Source of the DNA: Selaginella moellendorffii
Lineage: Eukaryota; Plantae; Lycopodiophyta
DNA: 64,000 nucleotides
Direction of reading: 5' to 3'
Assembly: GCF_000143415.4 (NCBI RefSeq)
Contig: NW_003314271.1
Coordinates: 2,795,729-2,859,728 of the forward strand
Shown here: positions 46,867 through 62,669 of the stretch, piece after piece
How the letters are laid out: every line of letters starts with the position of its first letter
Position numbering within the stretch: the stretch's first letter is position 1
The notes under the pieces: model-generated
What the model was told of the DNA's origin: nothing
The model's database searches: none
What the model saw: only the letters and a program-made list of their open reading frames with translations
Made by a program: the position numbers and the translations under genes

Positions 46867-47939
46867 CAAAGAGATCAAGATTTTACGTGAAAATGTCAAA
46901 GAGATGTTAGAGAAGGGTGTTATTCGGAAGTCATGAAGTCCTTAGGCATGTGAACCTCATTTTGTGATGAAGCCTAATGGGAGTATTTATTTCATCATCA
47001 ACTATTATCCGTTAAACAAAGTGACAATCCCAAATGAGTACCCTCTTCCTCACACTGCTGATCTCTTGGATCGTCTAAGGTGAAGTCATTGGTTCACCAA
47101 GCTAGATCTTGCTTTTGGGTACTGGCAAATACTGATAGCTAAAGAAAATATTCCTAATACTACTCTTTATACACTATTTGGTTTATATAAGTTCTTAGTG
47201 ATGCCGTTTGGTTTGAACAATGCTTCAGCAACTTTTTAGTGGATGATGGACGAGATTCTTTGTGATATGGCAAAGGTGACTGTTGACTTCATTGATGATG
47301 TCTTAACCCACTTGGAGGGGACATGGGAGGAGCACGTCCATGATGTTTGTAAAGTGTTGGATCAGCTACAAGACATTGGTTTAAAGCTGAAGCAGTCGAA
47401 GTGCATGTTTGGGTCCAAAGACAAGGGTTTGCAAATTGATCTTGACAAACTTATGGCTATTGTAAAGTTCCCTACTCCAAAGTGTGTAAATGATATGCAG
47501 CGCTTCTTGGGTAAGGTGCAATATCTCAGTCATTTTGTGGATCATCTTTCTGATTGCATTGCACTATTGCAAGCATTGCGGAAGTCATCAACGTCATCTT
47601 TCATCTAGTCTCCAGATTGTGAGCGGGCATTCATGGATCTCAAAGAGCTATTGATGACTCCTCCGGTTTTGGCATATCCTAACTACACTCGACCTTTCAT
47701 TTTGAACATGGATGCTTTTTGTATTAGTCTTGGAAGTGTGTTGATACAAGAGAGCCTAAGTATGTTTGGTCAGCATAATTTTATTGCATATATAAGCTGT
47801 ATATTACAACTAAGCAGAGGTGAACTACTCCATGACAAAGAAGGAGTGTTTAGCAGCAATCTAGGGTTTCAAGAAACTTCATGCATATTTACATGGTTCT
47901 CGGACATTACTAGAAGGTGATTATATTATTGTTACTTCA

Positions 47940-48101
47940 TGTGGTGCACTTTATCTCTCTCCCCTTAAGCCAACTGGAAAAGGGGCAATTGTTTGCTAAG
48001 AGAGCCCTTGATGGCTATTTTATCCCCATTTATTCCCCAAGGTTCCACAAATCCACGGTGACAGTATATCTAAATCTCATCCTATGATCACATATGCTAC
48101 A
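47940..48101 (-). mobile_element. Solo LTR of the 162-bp TRIM
   Basis: Perfect TSD CTTCA. Confidence 0.92.
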
Positions 48102-50189
48102 CTTCATTATTGAAGCGAAAGAACTTAGTTAGTCATATTGCTCGGTGGGCTTTAAAGCTCAGATATATGATTTTGATGTTATTTATCGCCTAGGGAGTTC
48201 TATGGCTGATGCTAATGCCCTTTCTTGAGCTTCTTTTCCTTCTCCACTCTCTTCTTATGTTTCTGACGAGCTTATTATTCTAGCATTTGTGAATTTTCTA
48301 AACGAGGATTTTGTGCCATCGACCACAAGGTGCAGAACAAAATCCACCTTCTCTTAATGAGGTCTGCGAAGCTCAAAAAATTGAGCTATGGATTCGAAGG
48401 CTTTGAGATGGGTTTGAGAATCCTATATCACTTGCTGATGACTTGCCATTCTGGTATTTACATCCTCAATATCGCCTTGAAGATGGCCTTCTTTATTTTG
48501 TGAGGATGGATCCTAATGATCATTTATAGCTGGTGGTGCCTTTTGTCTTTATTCCACAATTTCTCTATGCCTACCATGATTTTCCTATTCTAAGCGGGTA
48601 TATGGGACATCATTGTGTGATTGAGAAGCTATGCAAGTCTTTCTATTAGCCGGAGATGTGACATGATATTATCTAGTATGTGCGTAGTTGCGTTTGGTGC
48701 CAAGCTTGTAATACTCCCCCTCGTGTTGTGAAAGGACAATTGGAGTCAATTGCAATTTCCCATTTGTTTGAGTTGGTGGCATTTGATTTTATAGGATCTT
48801 TTCCACAATCAACTACCGGCAATGAATATGTTATTATTGCTTCTAACTATTTGACTTGTTGGGTGGAAGTTGGTGCTCTTGCTAATGCCTCTGCAATTAC
48901 TGTTGGATACTTCCTCTTCAATCAAGTGGTGTTCTAACATTCTTGTCCGGAGCAGATTCTTTCAGATAATGGTCCCACATTTATGGCTGAAACATTTCAT
49001 GTTTTGACGTCTCGATTGGGGATGCGCCACACTTTCACAAGTGCTTACCATCCACAGTCAGACGGTTTAGTGGAATAGCTCATTTGGACATTCAAATAAA
49101 TAATCGCAAAGTACGTGAACTTTCAGCATTCAGATTGGGATAGTTATTTGCCGTCTCTTCGGTATGCATATGTCACAAGGGTGCAAAGTTCTGTCATGAT
49201 CTAATATTACTAAAAGAGCTGGATTTACCTTTGCAATTGCCACAAGCTGCCAATGTTAGGTTATAGGATCAGTATTTGACGAGCATTCTTCCACTTGTCC
49301 AAGCAAAGTCTACCAAACACTTAGGCTATGTACAAGTGGGACAACAATAGCACTACAACTACTATCATTGTTCACCTGTGAAGTACAAAATGGATGATTT
49401 GGTATTAGTTTGTTTTTCCCATTTTACAATATGTGGTTTATCTAAGGGGCTCCTTGCTCAGTGGAAAGGATTGTATCATATGTTGTGGCAAATTGGACCA
49501 CAAGTTTATAAGGTTCGGCATGATGTCCAATAGGTTGATCTTTCAGAAATTGTGCATTTGCAACTGTTAAAACACTTCATACAAAAGGATCAGAAACAAT
49601 TGGTACTACCTATAAATCTACCAATGCCTCTTCTTAACGTCCCTCTAGATCCTAGCCCATCTACAAGAGAACTCTAATGGTCTTCCATTATTCTAAGAGG
49701 AGGGGATGATGTGAGGTCCAAGTGTACAACTACGATGCCATATACTAATTTTAGCATAGTGGGATTTTGGTAGTTGTCAAATTAATTTCAATCTGAACCA
49801 CTCACTCTTATATATAAACTAAGGTTTTTGAATTAATTGATATATACATTTTTTGTATTCCCTTTCCATATTCTATGCACTCACACCTATAACTTTGTAT
49901 TATTAATATTTGTGCATTTATTAGTTAGCAATTATATATTAACATTCTAATGAATTGAGTGTTAAATTTGAAGTAGTTGTATTCTAGACAAGATTGTTTA
50001 TTAGAAATTAAATTTTAATTTTTCATTAAAAAGTGAAGTTTCTTAATGAAAAATATGTCTGCATCAATCTAAAATCCAACCACAATAAAGTTATGCTCTA
50101 CAAATAATTACTAAATGATCTTTCATAAATCCATCTTTAACAAAATATAACTCAACACTCACACACTTGGAATACAAAAAAAAATGCAA

Positions 50190-51098
50190 AATTGCAAACC
50201 TTTTCTCTCTCCAAAAGATTGCACACCCATCCAGTGGCAGTGCCAATTCGACACTGATGGTTTCAGTACAAAAGAAGAGGGAACATACCTTGAACATCCT
50301 GGCATATCCTCTCTTCACTAGCTCGCCTTGCAAATCTGCAAAGCGATCGACCTCCTGAAAACATCATCAGTATAAACATGCTACAAGCATAAAAACAAAA
50401 CAAAGTTCTTTTAACAGTACCTGCAAACAAAGAATGTCCGGTGACCAGTACTCGATTTCTTGCACCTAGCGCACTTTTCTCCAGTCCCATTTGACATAGC
50501 GCATTGGGATGTGATAGTAGAGCTCACGATAATGCTCCCGAGCATTGTCGGCGGCTAGAATGTTGTACGAGAGAAATCTGGAAGGAAAAAGATCCAAAAA
50601 AATGAGAAAAGAAAGGGAGAGAAAGAACAACGAAAGAATTACCTCGAAAGGTGCTTTAGAATGGAGCCAGCGTCGAGTATCATCCTGCCTCACAAACCTC
50701 CCACCTTACCAATTCCTATTGTCTCTTTGGTTCCACGATCTCTTGGGTTGAAAGGCCGCCCTTGCTCCAGTTCCAGGCCCTTGAGAAGTCCTGCGCGTTC
50801 CATCGCCAATATATCGGGGGCTGTTTAGTGGCGCCTGTGGAAACTCGCGAGGAAAATCGTGCCAGCTCTGGTTTTGATTCCTCCACTGCTGCTGCTGCTG
50901 CTGCTGGTACTGCTGCTGCCGCTGGTACTGCTGCCAGAATGGATGATTCGCATTCCTCCACTCGGATTGCTGTTGCTGCTGCTGCTGCCACATTGCTGCG
51001 GGATTCGCCGCCAAACCCTCTTCCAAGATAGACGAGTCTTCCCCGACGCTACATTCCAAGAGCCCTAGCGATGGATCGGAGCCGCGACGCCATGGCAA
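50190..51098 (-). pseudogene. CCR4-like (EEP deadenylase family) pseudogene with Q-rich N-terminus, 3'-truncated
   Basis: FLSYNILAADNAREHYRELYYHIP..W.WRKVR*..WSPDILCLQ|EVDRFADL..RGY..K|..DGCAIFW; in-frame stops and a frameshift. Confidence 0.8.
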
Positions 51099-51366
51099 CT
51101 GCGAGATCCTGGCTTGGAAAGAAGGCGCAAATTGGAGCTAGCAAAAGCGAATGGCGTCGAGTGTACCTTGGGCGTGGGCGCTGCGGTGGGGCGGCCTGGC
51201 GCAGAGAGACTAGATAGAGGCGCCCGTCCCAATTAAGGGCAAAGGATTTTGGGTTTGCCACGTATGACGCAACACATTGCCAGGGTGGCAGACACATCGA
51301 ATGTTAAACGTGCTGTTAAACCACGAATTATTAAAATCGCAATGTCAATGTCTATACAAAGATTTT

Positions 51367-53038
<1,672 letters not shown>

Positions 53039-53229
53039 GGCGTGCTTGTATTTCGAATGAACAGAACGATGAACTTTTTTGATAGAGCCACCACGACACC
53101 ACCACTGCCCATTTAACAGACCATGCACATTGACACGTTGCCTCATTTAATTAAGTAACACTTGGCCTATCTATGATTAATTATACGTTTAAAACCCTTG
53201 CCTCACACAATGCCTAAACCCTAAACCCT

Positions 53230-53740
53230 CAGCTGCGTCTTCTGATCACCAGGAAGATCGGGACCTTGGAGCCGGGGCTCTGGAAGTAGGGGTCCTTGTA
53301 GGAGAGGAGCTCGGGTAGCGTCGGCACTGGCCGATGTCGAGGATGAAGCGCGAGCATGGGCGATTCGTCAGGTACTTCCCCTCATCGGGCTCGAGCTGGT
53401 AGAGATCGGCATGGAAGGCTTCCATGGCGGGGAGCTTGGCGAGATGGGCAAATGGAATGTAGAGTAGTCCCCACGTCCTGCGCCGCAGAGGCTCCATCCC
53501 ATCCCTCCTGGACATAAATCTATCCCTCACGTAGCCGGCGACGAACGATTCCGCTCCACAGCGATGACCTTGCCCGCGGGACGCATGCACGACACCCCTA
53601 GCTTCCATCTCGAGGTAGCGGTTGAGCTTGGCGACGGTCCAGCGCTTACCCACGGTGCACTCCTCGCGGTTGTTCCACTCCGCTTTGCGCTCCACTGCCT
53701 CGAGCGCGAGCGCAAACACGGCTTCAAACGATCGCGGCAT
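53230..53740 (-). pseudogene. REase-like family A paralog, frameshifted and 3'-truncated
   Basis: MPRSFEAVF..DLYQLEPDEGK..RFILDIGQC then 1-nt frameshift into TLPELLSYKD; homology stops at about 53230. Confidence 0.88.
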
Positions 53741-54664
53741 CGTTTACGAGTTTTGTAACAGTTTCCCATCAAAGGCCTGGCTAAGGATCCCTCTATTAGC
53801 TATAGAGATTTCCAGTTGTTAGTCGCGATTGGCCCCAAGAATGGACAGGTAAATGGACATGAAACTTTTCTTCCTTCACTAACTCGGTCACGAGGATTAT
53901 CGTAATCACTGCATCCTTTATTCTTGTAAGCGTTACTTCCAAATTCATGGTTAGTAACTTGCTTGTTGCAGGAAGCAGCGGAGCCCTTCGATCATAGCAA
54001 CGACTGCCCAAGCTGACGGGTGTTCGCAGTTCGTTACAAAAATTGTGTGCTCTTGGTGTTTCTCATATTCCGAAAACACGTCACACCTGCAGGAACTTGG
54101 AGCCGATGGCAGTCACCTCTCAGGTGTTGCGACTGACGTGATAAAACCATGCCAAGGTCGGTTTCGGAGGTTCTGTCAGTATTTATTACCTGGCGTTTAC
54201 AAATTCAGGGTTGTCGGTGACCGCTCGGTTCAATCTCTAGAGCCTGGTGCAGCTGCTTGCTTCAACGTAATTGGCTCCTTATCCTGGAGGGGCTTATTCA
54301 ACAAACAATGATCAAGCTACCATAGCATGCAATTTACATTTGTTTTTTATATACTAACTCTGTTTGTTGTTCAGTCTTCGCAGCTCAGGACTTGCATTCT
54401 TTCTTAAGGACACAGGCCTCGACACGGACATCGTCAGCTTCTAGATTCTGTTGCCATCGCAAAATGATTCTTGGTACACATTTGGTTCGTATTTATCCAC
54501 ATATCTATGTTTCATACCTTAGAGAATCCTACGTCTGAGGAGCTGCTGCTTCCATGTGTACCGCAACAAGCGTGCTTGTGTATGAGAGTCTTTGTTTCAC
54601 GGTACAGCGATATGAAACAATAATTCTTTGTTCATGTGTTCAAGATTTTACGTACATCATCACC

Positions 54665-55300
54665 GAAGGCTGGAGAATCCACACCTAGATCATCAACAGC
54701 GGCCTAGGCAAGGATTTCCATCTCGTCCAAATGTATGCAAATGCGGAAGAGGCCAGGGCGGTCTCTTGACGAGGCCATTGTCCACGATCATGATGCTCCA
54801 GTAGAAAACGTTTGGAGACTCCATCCTCTCGAAGAGCTCTCGAGTTCTACCACTGGACGAAGCTCGAGATGGCGGTGCTCCTCAATCTCGTCAGCGCTTG
54901 CTCGAGCCTGGGCTCGCTCGGCTGGACCATGGAAAGCTCAGATCCGAGCTCGGATCATGTACCGCAAGGCGGCCGGAAGCCTCGGCGACACGAAGAAGTT
55001 CTTCCAGGACATGGCTGGCGACCAGAGCGTCGTCTCGTGGACGGCTTGATCTCCGGTTTTGCTCGTACCCCCTCTGCCACCATCTTCCGGAAGAAATCCA
55101 GCGCAAGGTCCTCACGGCCGTGGTGAGCAACTTTCATGAGCATACTCAGGCGTTTCAAGGCCAAGGGACTGGAGAAGAAGATGGTGCTTGCGATCTCATC
55201 AACATGTATCGAGGAGTCTTGGAGGAGATGAGGCACTGGACTGGACGGCTATCATACTCGGTTCGCGCATCTCGTGGCTGCGTCACAGGGTGGCCAGCCT
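54665..55300 (+). pseudogene. PLS-class PPR gene fragment
   Basis: RIH..IINSG, LVSACSSLG, KKFFQDM..SVVSWTA, LISGFAR, LINMY motifs with frameshifts. Confidence 0.75.
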
Positions 55301-55397
55301 CTGCGACCGAGAGTCGCAGACGGGGCACTGCAGGCCACCAAAAGCTTGGCAAATTACCTATAAAACCTCAGTCCTTTTGAGGCTCATGGGTTTTAAG

Positions 55398-56276
55398 ATG
55401 CCGCGCCAATCCTTCGAGGCTGTGCTCTATCGGGCGCTCGAGGCAGCGGAGCGCAAGGCGGAGCACGACGACGACCTCGACTGGGAGGCATGGAACAAGC
55501 GCAAGGAGTGTCTGGTAGGCACGGGCTGGAGCATGGACAAGCTCCTGGTCTACCGCGAGCGATGGAAGCTAGGGGCGTCGTGTATCGTGCGCCCCATCGG
55601 CAGGGTGATTGCAGTGGAGCGCAAGCACCAATCCTTCGTCGCGGCGTACGTGAGCAGGCGCATGGAGCGACCGGCGCCGTGGGTGTGGACGGTGCAGCGC
55701 AAGCGATTCGCCTATCCTCCCACTGGAAGCATCAAGTACGTGACCGTCCAAGCCCACCACGAGGACCTCTACCGGCTCGAGCCCAACGATGGCAAGGACT
55801 TGACCACTCGCCCATGCCCGCGATTCATCCTCGACGTCGGACAGTGCCAGACGCTGCCCGAGCTCCTCTCCTACAAGGACGCCTACTTCCATAGCCCCGG
55901 CTCCAAGGTCCAGACCTTCGTGGCGCTCAAGTGCTACCTCAAGTCGCAGATGAGGCAGATGGTTGCTGTGGTTTTCGAGCGAGACGAAGTTGATGGCAGC
56001 AGCGTCACTGCCAGGAGTGCCGTCTCGTTTGGGGAGGAGGCGCTGAATCCCGTGACTGTGGGGTGGCTGGAAGAGCAGGGAATTTCGGTGGGCGGGGTCG
56101 GGCATGGCGGGATTGCGTGCGACAGCGAGGGCATCCCAGGGTACCAGATCAAAGTTGACACCACCAGAGTGCTCGAGGGTGCTGGCGACGATGCGGACGC
56201 CATTCGGAATCACTGTGGCGACTACTTCACGTTTGATCTCTACGCCATCAAGTGTGAGCTCCTCACAACTAGATAG
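55398..56276 (+). CDS. Intronless 292-aa Uma2/Crinkler-type PD-(D/E)XK restriction-endonuclease-fold protein (family A)
   Basis: Open frame; paralogs start at the same Met; motif string EP(N)..P.FILDVG..QTL.EL..YF..V..FVALK..M.A...R..SFG..C..G.P.YQI..FDLY.I recalled from fungal/oomycete Crinkler REase domains (not searched). Confidence 0.7.
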   Translation: MPRQSFEAVLYRALEAAERKAEHDDDLDWEAWNKRKECLVGTGWSMDKLLVYRERWKLGASCIVRPIGRVIAVERKHQSFVAAYVSRRMERPAPWVWTVQRKRFAYPPTGSIKYVTVQAHHEDLYRLEPNDGKDLTTRPCPRFILDVGQCQTLPELLSYKDAYFHSPGSKVQTFVALKCYLKSQMRQMVAVVFERDEVDGSSVTARSAVSFGEEALNPVTVGWLEEQGISVGGVGHGGIACDSEGIPGYQIKVDTTRVLEGAGDDADAIRNHCGDYFTFDLYAIKCELLTTR

Positions 56277-56407
56277 TCTAGACGTGTCTTTTCATCTCTG
56301 CTTAATCTCTTACTCATACCCGTGTTTTGCTTGTAAGCTATTATCTATGTATCTTTCATACTCCTCTCTTGCCGCCAAGACATGAACGAAGGACATACTC
56401 TCTCGAT

Positions 56408-57750
56408 TCAGAATAAAAGGCGTTGCGAATGAATTGGATTGCAAACAAGCTTGGCTCTGCCGAGTCGCTTCGAGCTGAAGCCGTGAAAAGCGAAAAGAAA
56501 AGACGTAGACCGAGTTCGGTGGACTGCTCTCTGAATCCGGTAAAGATCGAACCGATACACCGCAGGGGGTGCAGCATTGCCGAAGATCCACTGCGACAAG
56601 ATAGGAACCGAATATATCGCCATCCCGGGTTGGGAGCACACGGGATCCCTGACCTCAATCCCGGACCAGCTGTTGGGGTTTCTGGGCTTGAAGCCGTGAA
56701 ACTCCAAGGTCTGGTCCGCCCTGGTCTTCTCCACAAGATATGTGGCATTTGGGCCGAAGGAGTAGCCGTGAAACGGTTCGGCCAGGCCAAGAGCATCTTT
56801 TCGGTAGAAGACGCAGACCATTCTATCCGGGCAGTGATCCCAGACTTTAATGCCCATGGAGAATCGATTCACATCGGTCAAGCAGGCTCTCGAGGCTTTC
56901 GGAGTTGGCGATCTCGGCGATTCCACGGGGGGAGAGTGCCCTCTGCCCATTCGGCTGGCGAGGGAAGAACAGAACATCCGGTTCTTTGCGGGTGGCGTTG
57001 AACCAGGACGCTTCCAGTGCCACGCCGAGGTCATTCGTGAGGATCTCAAAGTCGCGGGTGAGGCGCCGGGCGATATCCTCATGGAGCTGGTCAGGCATTT
57101 CGAAGCGCGCTCAACTCCTGGCCAAGCTGAAAAAACCAGTGATGGATGGCGGGACTTTTAGCGCTCTGCCGGCGACTGGATCCGGACTGGATGGTATCGT
57201 AGCAATCCGCCGGGCCTTGGAAACAATGAGAGACGCCTCCGGAGTTCCAAGCTTCGAGACCGCTGCACGGAGAAGCGATGAAAGGCGGCCAGGCTCCGCG
57301 GTGATCCGGTAGCTCGAATCCGGCCTATCGCGCCATGGATATCTGGACTCGCCAAGCCTTGAAAAACGCCTCCGGAGTTCCAAGCTTAGCACAGCGCTGA
57401 TCGCTGCCGGCGGACAAGTGATGAAAGCCGGGCTCCGCCAGTGACCGGATGAGATCCCGCCGCTCGAATCCGGTCTCGTCTAGCATGCGATAGTTGAACT
57501 CGCCGAGCCTCGGCAACGATGAAGAACGAGCAAAGCGCTCATCGCTGCGGGGAGAAGTGATGAAAGGCGGCGACTTTCGGCTCTCCGCCGGCGACTGGAT
57601 GATCCGGGAGCTCGAATCTGGCCTAGCGACTGATATCGGAGTGCCTGCGGAGCCTTGGTCCGAAGCTCCAAGCTTAGCAAACCGCTGATCTCTGTGGTGA
57701 GAGGCCTACCAGACGCTAGAGAAGCTGGAGATGGAGCGCTGGTTCCTAAC
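56408..57750 (-). pseudogene. Uma2/Crinkler-type REase gene (family B) with repetitive N-terminal region; frameshifted
   Basis: MPDQLHE..KEPD..P..IAEIANSESL.SL | GIK..M.C.FYR..SFG..C..PG..Y..FDLYRIQ; 26-bp deletion near 56865 relative to copy 2 breaks the frame. Confidence 0.75.
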
Positions 57751-58588
57751 CACGCATTACCTTCCATACATTTCCACCCGGGACTCCATACCTCCAACGC
57801 GAAGAGAGGAAGAACAAGAATCCCCAACGAATATGCTAAGATCCTTAAAACAGTTAAAAATTTTAAAGGTCCTTAACTTCGAGATGAATGCTTTAGCTGC
57901 TTGAAGCACGAGCTGCTTTAGAAGCCTGTTTTCCATCTCCCGCTTGAAGTCCATCCGATCCAGCCTTTTCAGACACTAGGACGTGCTTCTTTGCCTGCGC
58001 ATCAATCGACATTTCAGTTGGAAACTAGAAAGAGCTTTCGAGGCAAACCTTTGCGTAGAGATCAGGCAGAACACAACGCAGCGCAGACGTGAGTCGCCAT
58101 TGCTGTGCTTGTCAGGATGGAACGCTACACTGGCTTCGCATCCCCTGCCTTTAAGTCCCAGCTCCATTCTTCCCCTGTAACTTCCCTTCTTCGAAGAACC
58201 CGAGTCTTCCACCGTGCTTGTCACCTCGGAGAATCCTAAAGCCAAGGTACCTGCGTCTCCTCGTTTGGTGATGATGCAAGCTTTGAAGCGGAAAAATGCA
58301 TCAGCCTACAGCCAGTTTGGCATCCATGGGTTCATGTTGGGCCCAAGGACGGATAGACGTGAGGCACCCGTAGAGGAAACGGCTCCAGCATCGCACACCT
58401 TCTTGTGCCTTCTTGTTGCTTCGTCACCAGCAGCTTTGTAGATTGCAAGATCCACGCCGCCGCCGCCACCACCACCTTTGAGGCGCCTAAAACAAAAAAG
58501 ATCACTAAAGCAGAAAAGCATCTCACCAGTTTGCAGCGTGGGCCTCCAGCAACGAACATGAGAGAGCATGCATGTCCGACCATCACAG

Positions 58589-59777
<1,189 letters not shown>

Positions 59778-59789
59778 AAGACAAACTTC

Positions 59790-60190
59790 TGTCAGTCAAT
59801 GGAAGATCTCGCGCGCTTGGCGATGATCGTTGCCCATCGTCCAGGTCCCAGGATCGCATTCCAGGACAGGCTGATGCTAAAAACAGCCGCTAAGATCGAT
59901 CGCCCTGGCCATGGCCGGATCATCTCGTTCCAAGAGACGAGATGATCTCATCGTGGATTTCCTCCGTGTCCCACAGACACCCGGCCTGGGCGCACGCTGC
60001 GACGGCCAGATTCCAGGAGACTCGTTGCGCTGCGGCATGAGATCAAAGACGCGCTTCGCTCCATAAAATCGCCCGGATTTTCTCCAAGATCGTGGAGGAA
60101 ACCCTGCCAAGATCATCGTCCAAGAAACCACGCTATTCTACGCGTTCTGGGCATACTCTGGATGCCTTGTTTGGGCAAATGCCGTGATAA
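59790..60190 (-). pseudogene. PLS-class PPR gene fragment
   Basis: VVSWTMILAG, GAKRVFDLMPQRN motifs; frameshifted. Confidence 0.65.
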
Positions 60191-60509
60191 ACACACACAG
60201 GTCAAGATTAAGCACTACCACAAGTATCCCGAGCATTGGCAGCCATCCGCCATCGCCTTCTTCGGGCGATCAATCGCAGGAGCAAGGTAAGAGAAATTTC
60301 GTGAGTACTAATCGAAGAACTAACTGAAACGAGGATGGAGAAGCTCTTGGAGGCAATCTGTAGACCTCGTGGTACCGGAGAAATTCAATCTTGATCCAGT
60401 AGAGATCAAGCGGACCGCCGTACCTCCGCCACCTTCGACCGCCTTGGGGCCGATTCAAGAAACAATGATCACAGTAACATAGCATGCTTTTTTTTTTTTT
60501 TTTTTTTTT

Positions 60510-61922
60510 ATCTACTAGCTCTGTTTGTTGTTCAGTCTTCGCATGCACTCTTTCTTAAGGACACAGGGACATCGTCTGTTGCCATCGCAAAATGACTCTT
60601 GGTAAACATTTGGTTCGTATTTATCCCCATATCCATGTTTCTTACCCTAGAGAATGCTGCTGCTGCCTCCATGCGTACCGCAACAAGCGTGCTTGTGTAT
60701 CCAAGGTAAATGAGAAAGGACTGAAATCTTTATTTCTTCCTTTCAAGGTATAAAACCGTTCTTTGTTCATGTGTTCAAGATTTTACGTACATCATCACCG
60801 AGATCTTCGACAGCGGCCTGGGCAAGGATCTCCATCTCGTCCGTTTGGGGAGGAGGCGCTGAATCCCGTGACTGTGGGGTGGCTGGAAGAGCCGGAAATT
60901 TCGGTGTGCGGGGTCGGGCATGGCGGGATTGCGTGCGACAGCGAGGGCATCCCAAGCTACTAGATCAGAGTTGACACCACCAGAGTGCTCGAGGGTGCTG
61001 GCGACGATGCGGACGCCATTCGGAATCACTGTGGCGACTACTTCACGTTTGATCTCTACGCCATCAAGTGTGAGCTCCTCACAACTAGATAGTCTAGACG
61101 TGTCTTCTTATCTCTACGCCAGTTTAGTCTTTTACAGTGATCCCAGACTTTAATGCCCATAGAGAATCGCATTGCAGGCTCGTTCTCGAGCGTGAATTCA
61201 CATCGGTCAAGCAAGCTATCGAGGCTTTCGGAATTCGCGGTTTCAGCAATTCCACGGGGGGAAAGTGCTTCCGCGGCGAGGGAAGAACAGACATCTGGTT
61301 CCTTGTGAGTGTCGTTGAACCACGACACTTCCAGTGCCACACCAAGGCCATTCGTGAGGATCTCAAAGTCGCGGCAATATCCTCATGGAGTTGGTCAGGC
61401 ATTTCAAAGCGCGTCAACTCCCGGCCAAGCCTCAAAACCAGTGATGGATGGCAGGCACTCTGCCGGCGACTGGATGATATCGGGCAGCTCGAATGCAGCC
61501 TAGCAATCGAGATCTGAATCCGCCGGGCCTTGGAAACAATGAGAAGTGCCTCCGGAGTTCCAAGCTTAGCACAGCGCTGATCGCTACGCGCGGAGAAGTG
61601 ACGAAAGCCGGGCTCCACCAGTGATCGGATGAGATCCCGCCGCTCAAATCCGGTCTAGCAAGCAATATATCAATATTTGAACTCTGCTGAGCCTCGGCAA
61701 CAATGAAGAATGAGCAAAGTGCAGATTGCTACGGGGAGAAGTGATGAAAGGCGGTGGACTTTCAGCTCTTCGCTGGCAACTGGATGATCCGGCAGCTCAA
61801 ATCTAGCCTATCAGAGTGCCTGCGGAACCTTGGTCCGAAGTTCCAAGCTTAGCAAAGCGCTGATCTCTGTGGTGTGACGCCTAGCAAACGCTAAGCTGGA
61901 GATGGAGCACTGGTTCCTAACC
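60510..61922 (+). repeat. Deleted duplicate of 54352-57750: family-A REase C-terminus (60843-61090, with TAG) and family-B REase pseudogene 2 (61130-61920, minus)
   Basis: High nucleotide similarity; about 1.3-kb deletion joined near a tctcgt microhomology at 60840. Confidence 0.9.
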
Positions 61923-62669
61923 AAAACTTGCCTCAACTCTCCATCATCTTAGATGATTTACACAATTCATGAGCTTGCCCTCCAGCCCCACTATTGATTG
62001 CATTGCCTTGCATGGCTCTTCAAGCTTAAAAGTATTTGCAAATGTGATTGCAATTATTGAAAATTATTTATTAATTAGTCTTTTAAGATATTCTTCTTTT
62101 ATTGCCATAGTATTGTTAGACTTTTATCATTCTCTACACAAAATACTTGATAAAATGTTTAACACATGTGCATTTATACCCAAAAGGCACTAAGGAATGA
62201 AAATTTAAGTTGTTATTTAACAAAACTCATATTGTTATAAAATTATTAAAATTATTATAAATATAAAAATGTTGTTCTTGCGTCAATTTAGCACCATTCT
62301 ATATTTAATAAGTTTAATAAGCATTGGAATTCCTAGTTTTCTGAATATACTTATAGTTAAACCACTGTTCAATTTGATGTAGCCAGTCTTACAACTTGAT
62401 AATATCATTCTCCAAACTCTAGGACATTGAGTTTACCTTTTTGTGTCAAGAATGACAGCATAGAGTTAGCTAGTGTTGGTGGTACCAAAGCCTGAATAAG
62501 TGGCAAAATATTTCCGTAGCAAAAGATGAGATCCATTACTCTAAGTGGGACAAGGAATTGAGAGAGGATTCCCCACCACTGGAATTCCATTAGGATGGAT
62601 GGAAAATTAAAATCAACCAGCACAAGTGGCCCATCTCCATTCCCACCATTGCTATCTTCCCTGGAATGA

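Larger units (their letters stand above)
44501..49885 (+). mobile_element. Degenerate Ty3/gypsy without chromodomain; 176-bp LTRs (44501-44676, 49710-49885), 4-bp TSD CCTA, tRNA-Ala-type PBS
   Basis: PBS tggtggaggtgagggg; PPT aagaggaggggatga; RT (LDLAFGYWQI, MPFGL, FIDD), RH and IN (SDNGPTF, YHPQSDG) remnants. Confidence 0.9.

Noticed and set aside
50706-51098. Stand-alone glutamine-rich protein
   Set aside because: Frame continues past the TAA into CCR4-like sequence; it is the first exon of a pseudogene
55188-55397. N-terminal 70 aa of the 362-aa ORF
   Set aside because: Overlaps PPR debris; paralogs begin at MPR(Q)SFEAV
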